In this document: piece by piece, positions 36,196 through 45,818 of the stretch | How the letters are laid out: each line of letters opens with the position of its first letter | Numbering within the stretch: the first letter of the stretch is position 1 | DNA from: a virus | Taxonomy: Duplodnaviria; Caudoviricetes | IMG/VR virus record: IMGVR_UViG_3300023055_000005 | Strand: one strand, 5' to 3' | DNA length: 64,000 bases | Translations under genes and position numbers: made by a program | The notes under the pieces: model-generated | What the model was told of the DNA's origin: nothing | Database searches by the model: none | The model's input: the letters and a program-made list of their open reading frames with translations, nothing else

Positions 36196-38148
36196 ATGAG
36201 CAAGTATTACAAGGCAAGGGACGTCGCAGCGATGTCCCACGACGAACTCTGGGATATTCCCGATGGCCTGCACGAGGTCGAGTTCGACGACGGAACTGTG
36301 GAGGTCAAGGGTCGCTACCTGATCCTGTCCTCCTACATCTGGCGATTCGTCAACGAGTGGCCTGACGCACCGCTGCTGAAGGAGCACTTGTACTCGGAGA
36401 AGGAGTTCTCCAACAAGGCCTTCCTGAAGCTGCTGGGCACCATGCTGTTCAACGTGTTTGACACGTACGACATGCGGCGTGACCCGGCTAACATCGAGGA
36501 TCTGTGCAAGTACTTGTACGAGATCGTCAATGCGGTGTTCAACAACTTCACGCTGAACTGTGAAGAGAACGCAACCTCCCTCGATATCCTGGACTTGATC
36601 GAGGTGGTGGACTACCCGGAGATCGCAGCAGCCAAGGCTGCGGCACTGCCCACCCAGCGCGGCATCAAGAAGGCCCACGCGGCTATCAAGGATTCCCTGC
36701 TGGATGCGGAAGATCTCAGCCACAACGCCACGGCGAAGATTGCCCGGCGTCTGCTGGTTTCGATCGACCAGATCATCCAGTGTATCGGCCCCCGCGGCTT
36801 CATTACCGATATCGCATCGGTGACGTTCCGCGAGCCGGTGATGTCCGGCTACATCGAAGGTCTGAACACGCTGTACGAGTTCATGATCGAGGCGCAGTCG
36901 GCTTCCAAGTCGCTGCTGTTCAACAAGGATCCGTTGGCTGACTCGGAGTACCACAACCGTAAGCAGCAGCTGTCTGCTAACGTGGTGCGCCGTGTGGAAC
37001 GTGGTGATTGCGGTACGCCGTACTACACCACCTTCAACATCAAGGCCAGCGACCTTCGTGCATTTGCGGGCAAGTACTACTACGGCGATGACGGCAAGCT
37101 GTTGACGCTGAAGGAAACCGACCGCCACCTGCACGGTGCCAAGATCAAGATGCGCTCGGTGCCGCATTGCCAGCACAAGGATCACGGTACGGTCTGCTCG
37201 ACGTGCTTTGGTGAGTTGTGGATCTCCATCCCCGACGAAACCAACCTGGGCCATGTGGCAGCAACGGTCTTCTGTAAGCTGATCTCTCAGCTGATCCTGT
37301 CCACCAAGCATTTGGATAGCAATGCCTCGGTGGATGAGATCAACATCAGCGACATGGACAAGATGTACATCCAGGTTGCCGATGACCCCAACCAGATCCA
37401 GTTCACGGAAATGATGGGGAAGCAGAAGTTCAAGATGGTGATCCATGCATCGGAAGCCAAGTACCTGTCCGACGTCAACTTCGTGTCGGAAGTGGATCAG
37501 CTGCCGATCTCCCGCATGAGCGAAATGACGGCTGTAAAGTTGGTCATCGGAGAAGGATCTAATGTACAGGTTATGGTCGTCCCGGTTGAGATGAATGGTC
37601 GCAAGGCCTACTTGACCTACGACATCCTGGACTACATCAAGCGCAAGAGCTGGACGATCAACCACGAAGGCAACATCGTGATCGACATGTCCGAGTTCGA
37701 TGTGAACAAGGCTGCTTTCGAGCTGCCCCAGCGTCACATCAACATGGTCGACTACATGCGCTGGATGGAAGCGTTCCTGCGATCCTCCGGTCGTTCCGAG
37801 CGTAAGAAGATGGGTATCGAGAAGCGCCGCGTGCTGAGTGACTTCAACAGCATTGACGCTGCGTTGGCCGAACTGTATGAGATGGCCAGCTCCAAGCTGA
37901 CCGTCCCGATCGCATACCTGGAAGTGCTGATGTACTCCACCATGGTGCGTGATCCGGCCAATCGCGACCATCGACTGCCCAAGGGCGGTGACCCGATTCA
38001 CTTCGGTACGTTCGGCGACAACATGACCCGTCGTTCCTTGACTGGTCCGCTGGCGTATCAGGATCAGATCGGCGTCATCACCGACGTGGAGTCCTACATC
38101 CTGCGGCATCGTCCGCCGCATGTGCTGGATGAGATGGTTATCGGCTAA
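36196..38148 (+). CDS. rpoC: Non-virion RNA polymerase beta' C-terminal subunit (gp74-like)
   Basis: QCIGPRGF.TD, SEYHNRK.QL bridge helix, DCG, C.H......VC..CFG Zn site and trigger-loop SQLILSTKH. Confidence 0.92.
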   Translation: MSKYYKARDVAAMSHDELWDIPDGLHEVEFDDGTVEVKGRYLILSSYIWRFVNEWPDAPLLKEHLYSEKEFSNKAFLKLLGTMLFNVFDTYDMRRDPANIEDLCKYLYEIVNAVFNNFTLNCEENATSLDILDLIEVVDYPEIAAAKAAALPTQRGIKKAHAAIKDSLLDAEDLSHNATAKIARRLLVSIDQIIQCIGPRGFITDIASVTFREPVMSGYIEGLNTLYEFMIEAQSASKSLLFNKDPLADSEYHNRKQQLSANVVRRVERGDCGTPYYTTFNIKASDLRAFAGKYYYGDDGKLLTLKETDRHLHGAKIKMRSVPHCQHKDHGTVCSTCFGELWISIPDETNLGHVAATVFCKLISQLILSTKHLDSNASVDEINISDMDKMYIQVADDPNQIQFTEMMGKQKFKMVIHASEAKYLSDVNFVSEVDQLPISRMSEMTAVKLVIGEGSNVQVMVVPVEMNGRKAYLTYDILDYIKRKSWTINHEGNIVIDMSEFDVNKAAFELPQRHINMVDYMRWMEAFLRSSGRSERKKMGIEKRRVLSDFNSIDAALAELYEMASSKLTVPIAYLEVLMYSTMVRDPANRDHRLPKGGDPIHFGTFGDNMTRRSLTGPLAYQDQIGVITDVESYILRHRPPHVLDEMVIG

Positions 38149-38258
38149 GTGTAAGGAGGGCTGGGCAACTAGCCCTCCATGTAACAGGCGGCACCTCTGG
38201 ACGGGGGACTTCGGTCCCCCACGTTCACGGGTACAGGTTTTTTCTTTTGGAGATATCC

Positions 38259-39791
38259 GTGGATCAGCTCAATTACGCGATGCGCATTGATGTCTACACG
38301 CATTACGTGAAAGCAACCAAGTTTGACACCATGGGCAAGACGGCGCTCTTTGAGTTCGCCATCGCCCAAGGTATCCGCGGATGGAAGCCCATCGGTCGCG
38401 GTAAGTCAGTCCAGTGCATTACGTCGATCTTCGCTGCGGCGACCAAGGATCGATCAGAGTTCCGTTTCCACATCAACCATTTCGAAGCGCTGAAGCGCCA
38501 CCTGATTGCTCACGACATCGGTCCGAACAAGATCGAATTCGTCCAGCATGGGGAATACATCCCGGCGATCGCGAACTTCGTCAAGATTTCGGATAAGAGC
38601 CTGTTTGATTATCAGGTTCCTCTCCATGAGTATTTCATCGCCCCAGGTAAGACAAAGGTCGTCACCCTCCAGACTGGTAAGGGTAAGACGATGCTGTTCC
38701 TGGAGTCGGTGTACAAGATCCAGAAGCGGGTGATCTTAATCATCCGTCCCAAGTTCATCGACAAGTGGATCCTTGACTTCCGTGAGATGTTCAAGGAGAC
38801 CGACACGTCGCTGGCTGTTATCCGGGGCGGTGGGCCGCTGTCTAACATGCTGCAGGCCTGCGTTGACGGCACCTTCGACGTCGACTTCACGATCATCTCC
38901 AACAAGACCTATCAGCTCTGGCTGAAGGACTACGAACACACGCGTGGTCAGTCCGGGGAGTATCCGCTCAACCCTGACATGCTGTGCGAGGCAACCAAGG
39001 CTGGCGTCATAGCCGTGGACGAGGTGCATCTGGACTTCCATCTGAACTACAAGATGGACCTGTACACCCACGGCGCCAAGTCGATGAACATGTCGGCTAC
39101 GTTGGTCAGCGGCAACCCGAAGATCACCGAGATGTATCAGGTCAAGTTCCCGAAGTTGGAACGATCACCTGAGATCGAATACGACAAGTACATCGCAGTG
39201 TCCGCTCTGTCCTACACCCTGCTCTCACAGAAGGGGATGCGCTACAAGCGCAGCATGGGCTACTCGCACACCGCGTACGAAGAATCGATCATGAAGGACA
39301 AGGAGCGCTTGCGCAACTACCTCTCCATGATCGCAGGTATCACCAAGACGACTTACGTCAATCGCATGGTGACTGGCCAGAAGATGCTGATCTTCGCATC
39401 CACCGTTGAGATGTGCACACTGATCACCAAGTTCATCGAACCGATGTTCCCCGATCAGAAGGTGAATCGCTACGTGGGTGAGGACGACTACAGCGATCTG
39501 CACACCGCAGATATCGTGGTCAGTACCATCCAGTCGGCAGGTACAGCGGTTGACGTTGACGGACTGTGGATTGTGTTGATGACTGACTCGATTGACTCGA
39601 TCCAGTCCAACCTGCAGGTTCTCGGTCGTCTGCGCAAGATGAAGGGTAAGTTCCTCGGCATCACGCCGGAGTTCTACTACCTGTTCTGTAATCAAGTCGA
39701 AAAGCAAGTCCAGTATCACATGAACAAGTTGGAGCATTTCTCCGGCCGCGTAATTGGACACAGAACCTTGCTTACCTCCTACAAGGTGTAA
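38259..39791 (+). CDS. SF2 helicase (gp75-like)
   Basis: Walker A LQTGKGKT, DEVH, SAT, STIQSAGT.VD and QVLGRLR. GTG start after GGAG. Confidence 0.9.
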   Translation: MDQLNYAMRIDVYTHYVKATKFDTMGKTALFEFAIAQGIRGWKPIGRGKSVQCITSIFAAATKDRSEFRFHINHFEALKRHLIAHDIGPNKIEFVQHGEYIPAIANFVKISDKSLFDYQVPLHEYFIAPGKTKVVTLQTGKGKTMLFLESVYKIQKRVILIIRPKFIDKWILDFREMFKETDTSLAVIRGGGPLSNMLQACVDGTFDVDFTIISNKTYQLWLKDYEHTRGQSGEYPLNPDMLCEATKAGVIAVDEVHLDFHLNYKMDLYTHGAKSMNMSATLVSGNPKITEMYQVKFPKLERSPEIEYDKYIAVSALSYTLLSQKGMRYKRSMGYSHTAYEESIMKDKERLRNYLSMIAGITKTTYVNRMVTGQKMLIFASTVEMCTLITKFIEPMFPDQKVNRYVGEDDYSDLHTADIVVSTIQSAGTAVDVDGLWIVLMTDSIDSIQSNLQVLGRLRKMKGKFLGITPEFYYLFCNQVEKQVQYHMNKLEHFSGRVIGHRTLLTSYKV

Positions 39792-39792
39792 C

Positions 39793-40428
39793 ATGGAATC
39801 GAACGAAGAGCGTGTCTTAGTGTACGCTGACCAGATCCGGGGTGGCGTCAACCACCCCGGCGTAGCTGCCCACACTCCGGCAGAGAAAGACTGGCGCTAC
39901 TACATGGACGAATGTCAGGATACCGAGAAGGCCTGGCTGACCATCCATGCAAAGCACTACCAGCCCCGCTGGATGGCTATCCTGATCCACAAGCCGCGTC
40001 TGTCAACGATCGCCACCGTCTGGAGTGAAGACCGGATGGTGAAAGAAGAGTGGCGTCAGGGCAACCGTGCCCAGGATCTGCTGACTGGCATCAAGCGTGC
40101 ACTGACTGGCATGTGCTACATGCTTGGTCCGGACACCACGATGAAGATGATGAACATCAACGGTCGCGCCTTCATCACTGCCGCTCTGGCTTCGTTGGAC
40201 ATGGAAGCATCTCCGCATGAGAACCCGGCGCTGAACATGCTGGCGGCAATCATGGCAGACGCTTCGTGCGAGCTGTATCCGACCGACCCGCGTTGTGGCT
40301 ACATCCACCTGTGCGGTCAGGTAGGCGTCCCGTTCCGCTTCCTCAGCGCTATCATGCCCATCGTTGATGAGTACTTCGAAGCGCGCGATGAAGCTGTGGC
40401 CGAAGGCTACCAAGAACTTAGTTCGTAA
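39793..40428 (+). CDS. Hypothetical protein
   Basis: ATG two bases after the helicase stop. Confidence 0.7.
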   Translation: MESNEERVLVYADQIRGGVNHPGVAAHTPAEKDWRYYMDECQDTEKAWLTIHAKHYQPRWMAILIHKPRLSTIATVWSEDRMVKEEWRQGNRAQDLLTGIKRALTGMCYMLGPDTTMKMMNINGRAFITAALASLDMEASPHENPALNMLAAIMADASCELYPTDPRCGYIHLCGQVGVPFRFLSAIMPIVDEYFEARDEAVAEGYQELSS

Positions 40429-40495
40429 GAACATAAAGCCCCTCCCGTCTTGGGAGGGGCGATATGCTGTTAATCAACCAAGGAGCAACACAAAG

Positions 40496-41668
40496 ATGTC
40501 GATGTCACATGAAGCAATTGCCCTGCGTGGTAGCTTGATCCGCTTGCAGGCGATCGTTGGTATCATTCTCGAAGCCGGTGCACAGATCAACGAAGAGCAC
40601 GTGCAGGAGCTGTCCAAGTACATCGGTGAGCTCGGGTTTGTCAACGAGAGCTTCCAATACGAGCGCGTCATCTCGCTGATCAACACGGGCAATTACGAAA
40701 GCTACGCTCGCCCGCCGAATGAACTGATTGATGCAATGGCTGCTCGCGTGAGCAACTCCAACGTCGCCGGCGTTCTCTCGGCCGCGCAGTCCCTGAAGAA
40801 GATCACCACGCCCAAGGAGTACAAGAAGGTTGATTTTGCCGAGGTCATTGCAAGGCAGAAAGCTTCTTCCGCAGAACAGGTCTACGAGCGTACCCGTGAC
40901 CTGATGCTGTACTTCCGCGATGATGCCCAGAAGAGCCACCCTGCCAATCCGGCGCTGGCTTTGCGTCACGCCGTCCAACTGACGGAGAACGAACTGCGCA
41001 AGGAGTTCGATGGAATCTGCAAAGTCATGCTTCGCGTTACGGACGGTACGGCAACGGTTATCATCAACCTGGATGAGCCGGGGGTCGGTCAACACCCGCC
41101 GCGTGAAGTGAACTACGACTACACCTACGCTGAAGGCAGTGTCATCAGCCAGATCGTCAAGGAGGCCAAGCATCTTCTTGCTACTGGGTTTGTTCAGGGC
41201 TGCAGGCAGTGGCCTGATAACCGGCTCTTGGCTGCGCACATGACTGTCAATGGGACCAGCGGTGTGCTCAACCTGCGCGGCGAGCGTCACTATGTCTACC
41301 GCATCAATCTGGTGGAGGACACCGGTGAGGTGCTACTGAAGGTTACCGATCGAGCGGGCAACGTCATTGGTGAACAGATCGTCGGTGACCTGCTCAACAA
41401 GAAGTACGCTCACCTCGAAGCTCCAGTTCGACAAATGGCGGAGCAGCTCATCAACAGCACCGAGCTCCCTACGTACGAGGAGTGCGTCGCTATCGAGCAT
41501 GACCTGCGCGCCATGTACCTCAATTTCATTCACCCGAAGTTGCGCGACATCTCCGAGGTCGAGATCAAGACGTTCAAGTACGCGGCAAATGGGCGCCCGT
41601 TCTTCATGGTGGCCATCGATTCCACCGACCTGGAACATGAGATCGTATTCCCGGTCTACATGGAGTAA
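40496..41668 (+). CDS. Hypothetical protein
   Basis: AAGGAG SD, ATG 40496. Ends at a bidirectional hairpin (41673-41710). Confidence 0.72.
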   Translation: MSMSHEAIALRGSLIRLQAIVGIILEAGAQINEEHVQELSKYIGELGFVNESFQYERVISLINTGNYESYARPPNELIDAMAARVSNSNVAGVLSAAQSLKKITTPKEYKKVDFAEVIARQKASSAEQVYERTRDLMLYFRDDAQKSHPANPALALRHAVQLTENELRKEFDGICKVMLRVTDGTATVIINLDEPGVGQHPPREVNYDYTYAEGSVISQIVKEAKHLLATGFVQGCRQWPDNRLLAAHMTVNGTSGVLNLRGERHYVYRINLVEDTGEVLLKVTDRAGNVIGEQIVGDLLNKKYAHLEAPVRQMAEQLINSTELPTYEECVAIEHDLRAMYLNFIHPKLRDISEVEIKTFKYAANGRPFFMVAIDSTDLEHEIVFPVYME

Positions 41669-41709
41669 GCGGACATACTCCCCCTCCCGGTTGGGAGGGG
41701 GAGCTATGC

Positions 41710-42171
41710 CTATCTCTTTTTCTTTGTCCCGATTACGATATCGGTTTCGAAGGGTAACGGATCAAGGTAGTGATACATCAAAGGACGGATCATGTCCTCG
41801 TAGTTCAAGTGCCCATTACCGCAACCCAAGGGGACCATGGCCATGTCACTGATCCCCATCTGTTCATGCTTGTCTCTCAAGCGGATCAAGTTAGCCTCGA
41901 TCCAGTCGTAGCGTGACGGGCTACCCCACCATTGCTTGGTGGGAAAGAGCAAGACTTGTCGACCTTCCCCGAAGGGATACAGATACATCTTGTCAATGGA
42001 CAAGGCCTTAGCCTTGAACAACTTCATGTAGAACTCGTAGAGACCTGGGATAGACTCACGCAGACTCAGCGCAACTCCAGCCCCCATAGCACCTGTGGTA
42101 TTGATGGTACACACGAGCGTTTGACGCGGGGACGCCGAAACGTCCCCTACCAGTTCCTGTACGATCGGCAT
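41710..42171 (-). CDS. Macrodomain ADP-ribosylhydrolase (DarG/Poa1-like)
   Basis: GDV, NTTGAMGAGVA, LFPTK.WW..PS and PLGCGNG.L macrodomain motifs. Confidence 0.88.
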   Translation of the reverse strand: MPIVQELVGDVSASPRQTLVCTINTTGAMGAGVALSLRESIPGLYEFYMKLFKAKALSIDKMYLYPFGEGRQVLLFPTKQWWGSPSRYDWIEANLIRLRDKHEQMGISDMAMVPLGCGNGHLNYEDMIRPLMYHYLDPLPFETDIVIGTKKKR

Positions 42172-42704
42172 TATCGACCACTCTTCCCGTCGGTGGCTTC
42201 ACGTGCTGCAGCTTCGGCAGCAGCCTGCAGCTTAGCTTGTCGCTCCAACCAATCCGCGTTGCTCTTGAACATGATCTCCGTTTCCCGCCGACTGAGTAAG
42301 ACGAACTCGCTCCACGACACCCCATACCGGTCCTTGATCCCGTTGATCATGTACCGATACATCTTGTGCTCAAGCGGGCCGTAAGACCCGTATTGCTCTT
42401 TGGGGTGCATGGCAACAGCAGCCATGGGGCGAAGATCTACATCCCCCGTCTCTTCAGTGTAGCGAGAGTCGTGGTAGAAGATCCCGTAGTAGTCGTCGTA
42501 CTCCTCCATGCACATCAACTGCACTGACATGGAGTCAACTTCCGAACTGACCGTAGCCAGCAGGTTGTTGTGCGGACCTAGATCGTTGACCTTATCCAAC
42601 CCGAAACGATCAAAGACTACATGACCGTTCGGGTCTTCTTGTTCAAGGTCTACATCACAGAGGCGGAAATCGCCTTCGCTGTGCGCTGGCCGAGGAGCGT
42701 GAAA
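42171..42704 (-). CDS. -1 frame extension of the 42650-44356 gene (gpGT/T-like tail chaperone segment)
   Basis: Frame is stop-free from the T-TTT-TTC site (42707-42701) to TAA at 42171. No SD at the TTG 42599 start. C-terminal YGVSWSEFVLLSRRETEIMF resembles gpT/gpE' chaperone extensions. Confidence 0.65.
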   Translation of the reverse strand, partial: FHAPRPAHSEGDFRLCDVDLEQEDPNGHVVFDRFGLDKVNDLGPHNNLLATVSSEVDSMSVQLMCMEEYDDYYGIFYHDSRYTEETGDVDLRPMAAVAMHPKEQYGSYGPLEHKMYRYMINGIKDRYGVSWSEFVLLSRRETEIMFKSNADWLERQAKLQAAAEAAAREATDGKSGR

Positions 42705-44356
42705 AAAAGTCGTGTCACGTCGAGCGGCAGCAGGCGCGGATGCTTGGAGCCTTCCACGGTCTGCGGGGCGGAACAGACACGGCAGTTGTAGCGCGGGATC
42801 GCCACCATTGCCACGGTCACCGAGTCGATGAACTTCTGCACGCCTTCGGTGAAGCGCTCCACCACGTCCTGGCGGCTGGAGATTTCGCCGAGCAGTTCGA
42901 CGAACGATTCACGCACGTCATCCTGGTCATCTTCTTCCGGGTTGAAGGTGAGCACACCTGCAACTTCTTCTTCCTTGTTCTTGAAGATGATGCGCTTGAC
43001 CCAGTGGCTGTACTGACGAGCGGTGGCCATGCGGGACTGCGCCATGATGTACTGGTCGCGTTCCTGCCCTTCCAGGGCGGTGCCGAAGGCCGCGTCCACG
43101 CGCTCTTCGATGGAGTTGATCCATTCGAAGGAGGACTTCTCGTACAGCTCCACCGTGGGGACGGCGAACTCGACGTAGATGTCATCGCTGATGGCGCACA
43201 GCGCGGTTTCGGCGTAGGAGTGGCTGTTGACGTACTCGGTCAGCTCTGCGTCGTTGCTCTTCTGCGTACGACGGGCCATCAGCTTGCGCTGGCTCTGGCT
43301 CAGTGCACGACGGTCCACGAAGAGCAGGCGCGAGAGGTTCAGCACTTCTTCTTCGATGTGCTGGCACTGGCCGGTGTGGTTGGTGCACGGACGGGCCAGC
43401 GGGTAGCCGTTGGGGTTGTTGATCAGACCCAGCTGCAGCATGAGCAGCGGGATATCGGTGATCAGCATCTTCTGCTTGATCGATGCCGGGGAGATGTCCT
43501 TCAGCGTGCTGTCGTACATCTTGCTGATGGCGAAGTTCGTCACCGTCAGCTGATGGTAGACGTTGTTGGCCGAGAAGGCCAAGCCGCCGGAGACACGACC
43601 CAGGGAGATCTTGCTGTTGCCCAGCTGCTGTTCCAGTTCCAGCATCTCGCCTTCACCCGGCGCCTGCAGCGACACCCAGAAGCCGGAGTGCCACATCGGT
43701 GCCTGTGCCAGCGAACCCACGCCCAGACGCGCCTTCAGGCGGCTCTTGGCTTCTTCGCCGGAGACACGGCCGTTGGTGGTGGAGTTGCCGCCGGTGGCGA
43801 TCGGACGGCCGATGGCCAGCTCTTCGCCGTTGTGGTCAACAGTCTGCTGCCAGTCCGAGCCTTCGCGACTCAGGGCACGGCTGCCGTACTGACCGGTGGG
43901 CATCAGGCGCGAACCACGAGCAGCACCTTCCAGCCAGCGGATGATTTCCGGCGTCGGGGTGAGGTTGAGGTTGCCCATGCTTTCACCGACCGGAGCGAAC
44001 TCCTCGGCGGTCTGGTTCAGGGACCACAGGTGGAAGCCCTTCTCCATGTCCTGCGCTTCGGCTTCGGTGGCCAGCGGACGGGTGACCGGACGGGTGAGGG
44101 TCACGGTCTTGCTCGGCGGCACGGCTTCCGAGCGCTTGGGCTGAACGCGACGCGCGGCGTCGGCGGCGAGCACACGTTCCTGCTTGCCGATCGGGGTCTC
44201 GACATTGGTCGCCGGGTCTTCGACGGAAGGCGGGTCAGCCGGGGTACGATCATGGTTCACGAACGTGCGCGGGTCGTCAACCGGGATCGCTGCCGCCTCG
44301 ACGGGCGTTTCCACGGGTGGCTGGTCGTCGATGTTCTCGTTGGGATCCTGCGTCAC
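42650..44356 (-). CDS. Baseplate-hub/tail assembly chaperone-like protein (phiKZ gp77-like)
   Basis: P.WHSGFWV.L, ITDIP.L...L....P.GYP..RPC and a C-terminal CRVC Zn knuckle then LDVTRLFFTLL. Pro/acidic N-terminal extension. Confidence 0.72.
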   Translation of the reverse strand: MTQDPNENIDDQPPVETPVEAAAIPVDDPRTFVNHDRTPADPPSVEDPATNVETPIGKQERVLAADAARRVQPKRSEAVPPSKTVTLTRPVTRPLATEAEAQDMEKGFHLWSLNQTAEEFAPVGESMGNLNLTPTPEIIRWLEGAARGSRLMPTGQYGSRALSREGSDWQQTVDHNGEELAIGRPIATGGNSTTNGRVSGEEAKSRLKARLGVGSLAQAPMWHSGFWVSLQAPGEGEMLELEQQLGNSKISLGRVSGGLAFSANNVYHQLTVTNFAISKMYDSTLKDISPASIKQKMLITDIPLLMLQLGLINNPNGYPLARPCTNHTGQCQHIEEEVLNLSRLLFVDRRALSQSQRKLMARRTQKSNDAELTEYVNSHSYAETALCAISDDIYVEFAVPTVELYEKSSFEWINSIEERVDAAFGTALEGQERDQYIMAQSRMATARQYSHWVKRIIFKNKEEEVAGVLTFNPEEDDQDDVRESFVELLGEISSRQDVVERFTEGVQKFIDSVTVAMVAIPRYNCRVCSAPQTVEGSKHPRLLPLDVTRLFFTLLGQRTAKAISASVM

Positions 44357-44892
44357 TGCTCGTTCTCCTGTTGCGGGGTTTCGGCTGCTTCGGTGGCCGC
44401 TGCACTGGCCTTCAGCTCGTCACGGGTTTCCTGGTCGTAGTAGCCCAGCGTGTGCACGATGTTGGGCATCACGATGCGCGTGTGGCGACCTTGCCAGTCG
44501 GCGTACTTCTCGCCGATGTCGATGACCTGGATGGTTTCGTCACCGGTCATGCGCGGACGGCTGGTGGCACGCACGCGCTTGGTGACGGTGTTGCTGAACT
44601 CCACGTGTTCCTTGCGGATCGAGTCCAGCTCGTTGCGGAAGGTGCGGCTGTCCTGGCTGACGACCTGAGCCACCTTGACCAGAGCGGGGCGATCTTCGAC
44701 CGGCACCTGACGCAGGGCGTCCTTGTTGCGCAGGATCTGCGAGATCGGCAACACCTGTGCCAGCTGTTCTTCGCAGCCGGAGTAGACTTCATCCAGCTCG
44801 CGCAGGGACTGTGCAGTCACGTCACGATCACGGCCAGCCTTGTAGGGGCGACGGGCGCCAGTGTTCTTGCGGTTCTTGTTGCTTACGGGCAT
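44353..44892 (-). CDS. Conserved hypothetical helical protein
   Basis: ATG 44892 with GGAG SD and basic N-terminus. GTGA/ATGA coupling to the next gene. Confidence 0.72.
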   Translation of the reverse strand: MPVSNKNRKNTGARRPYKAGRDRDVTAQSLRELDEVYSGCEEQLAQVLPISQILRNKDALRQVPVEDRPALVKVAQVVSQDSRTFRNELDSIRKEHVEFSNTVTKRVRATSRPRMTGDETIQVIDIGEKYADWQGRHTRIVMPNIVHTLGYYDQETRDELKASAAATEAAETPQQENEQ

Positions 44893-44990
44893 GTCTTTAT
44901 CCACTCCGGGGATATGTATGTCAAAAACGAATTGCAGCCTTTTCATATAAAGGCTGGTGTGTGTACTATTTAACCGAAAAGGAGATTTGC

Positions 44991-45818
44991 ATGTCTGGTC
45001 TACTGACTGGCATTGCTCAGCTGGGTTGCTCCCCTGAGCGGGTGTTGTTGCTGGAACGCGTCCAAGACGTGCTGGCTGCTGTGGGCTTCACGGATATCGA
45101 AACTGAAGTGGAGAATGTCTACTTCAGCGGACAGGAAGTGGAGACGCATGTGTTGATCGAACTGATCGACAATCTCTTCCACGGTTACCTCGACAGTTCC
45201 ATCAAACAGCAGGGCGTGTTCACTCGCGACGACGCCAGCATGGAACAGAAGGTGATCCTGCTGGAAGACCTGCAACGCTTCGCCAACTTCGACAGCCCGC
45301 AGTTCTTCATCGAGCAGATGGACCTGGACGCCTCCGATACCGAGCGCCTGTGCGCTGGTCTGGATATCGTTGGCCAGTGGACTGCAGACCAGTATCTGGA
45401 GTTCATCGTCCACGTCAACAAGGGCTTGATCGATCGCATCCGTTCGTTCACCTCCGAAGTGGTCTCCACCGAGTCCGACGACAGTGCTGAGCTTGCTCGC
45501 GGTCGTCTGCGTATCCGTGGGTTCACCGAGACCTTCGGTAGCAACATGGTCGCAGAGCTGATCCGTGAGGGCTACAGCTGCGGTAACGACTACACCCTGT
45601 ACTTGCACCAGCTGCGCGAACTGCTGCCTCAGCTGAGCGATCAGGATCTTTCCAAGAACATGGTGGCAGTAATGCTGGCCAGCTCCTTGCCGAAGGAACT
45701 GGTGCTCTCCACCGCGCTGGAAGAAATCGAACATCTTGATCTGCCGCTGTTGCGCGTGAGTGCAATCAACGGTCTGGTCGCAAAGACCTACGGGGATTTC
45801 ATCAATGCTCAAGCGTGA
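44991..45818 (+). CDS. Conserved protein upstream of vRNAP beta' (gp79-like)
   Basis: AAAGGAG SD, ATG 44991, overlapping the RNAP start. Confidence 0.75.
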   Translation: MSGLLTGIAQLGCSPERVLLLERVQDVLAAVGFTDIETEVENVYFSGQEVETHVLIELIDNLFHGYLDSSIKQQGVFTRDDASMEQKVILLEDLQRFANFDSPQFFIEQMDLDASDTERLCAGLDIVGQWTADQYLEFIVHVNKGLIDRIRSFTSEVVSTESDDSAELARGRLRIRGFTETFGSNMVAELIREGYSCGNDYTLYLHQLRELLPQLSDQDLSKNMVAVMLASSLPKELVLSTALEEIEHLDLPLLRVSAINGLVAKTYGDFINAQA

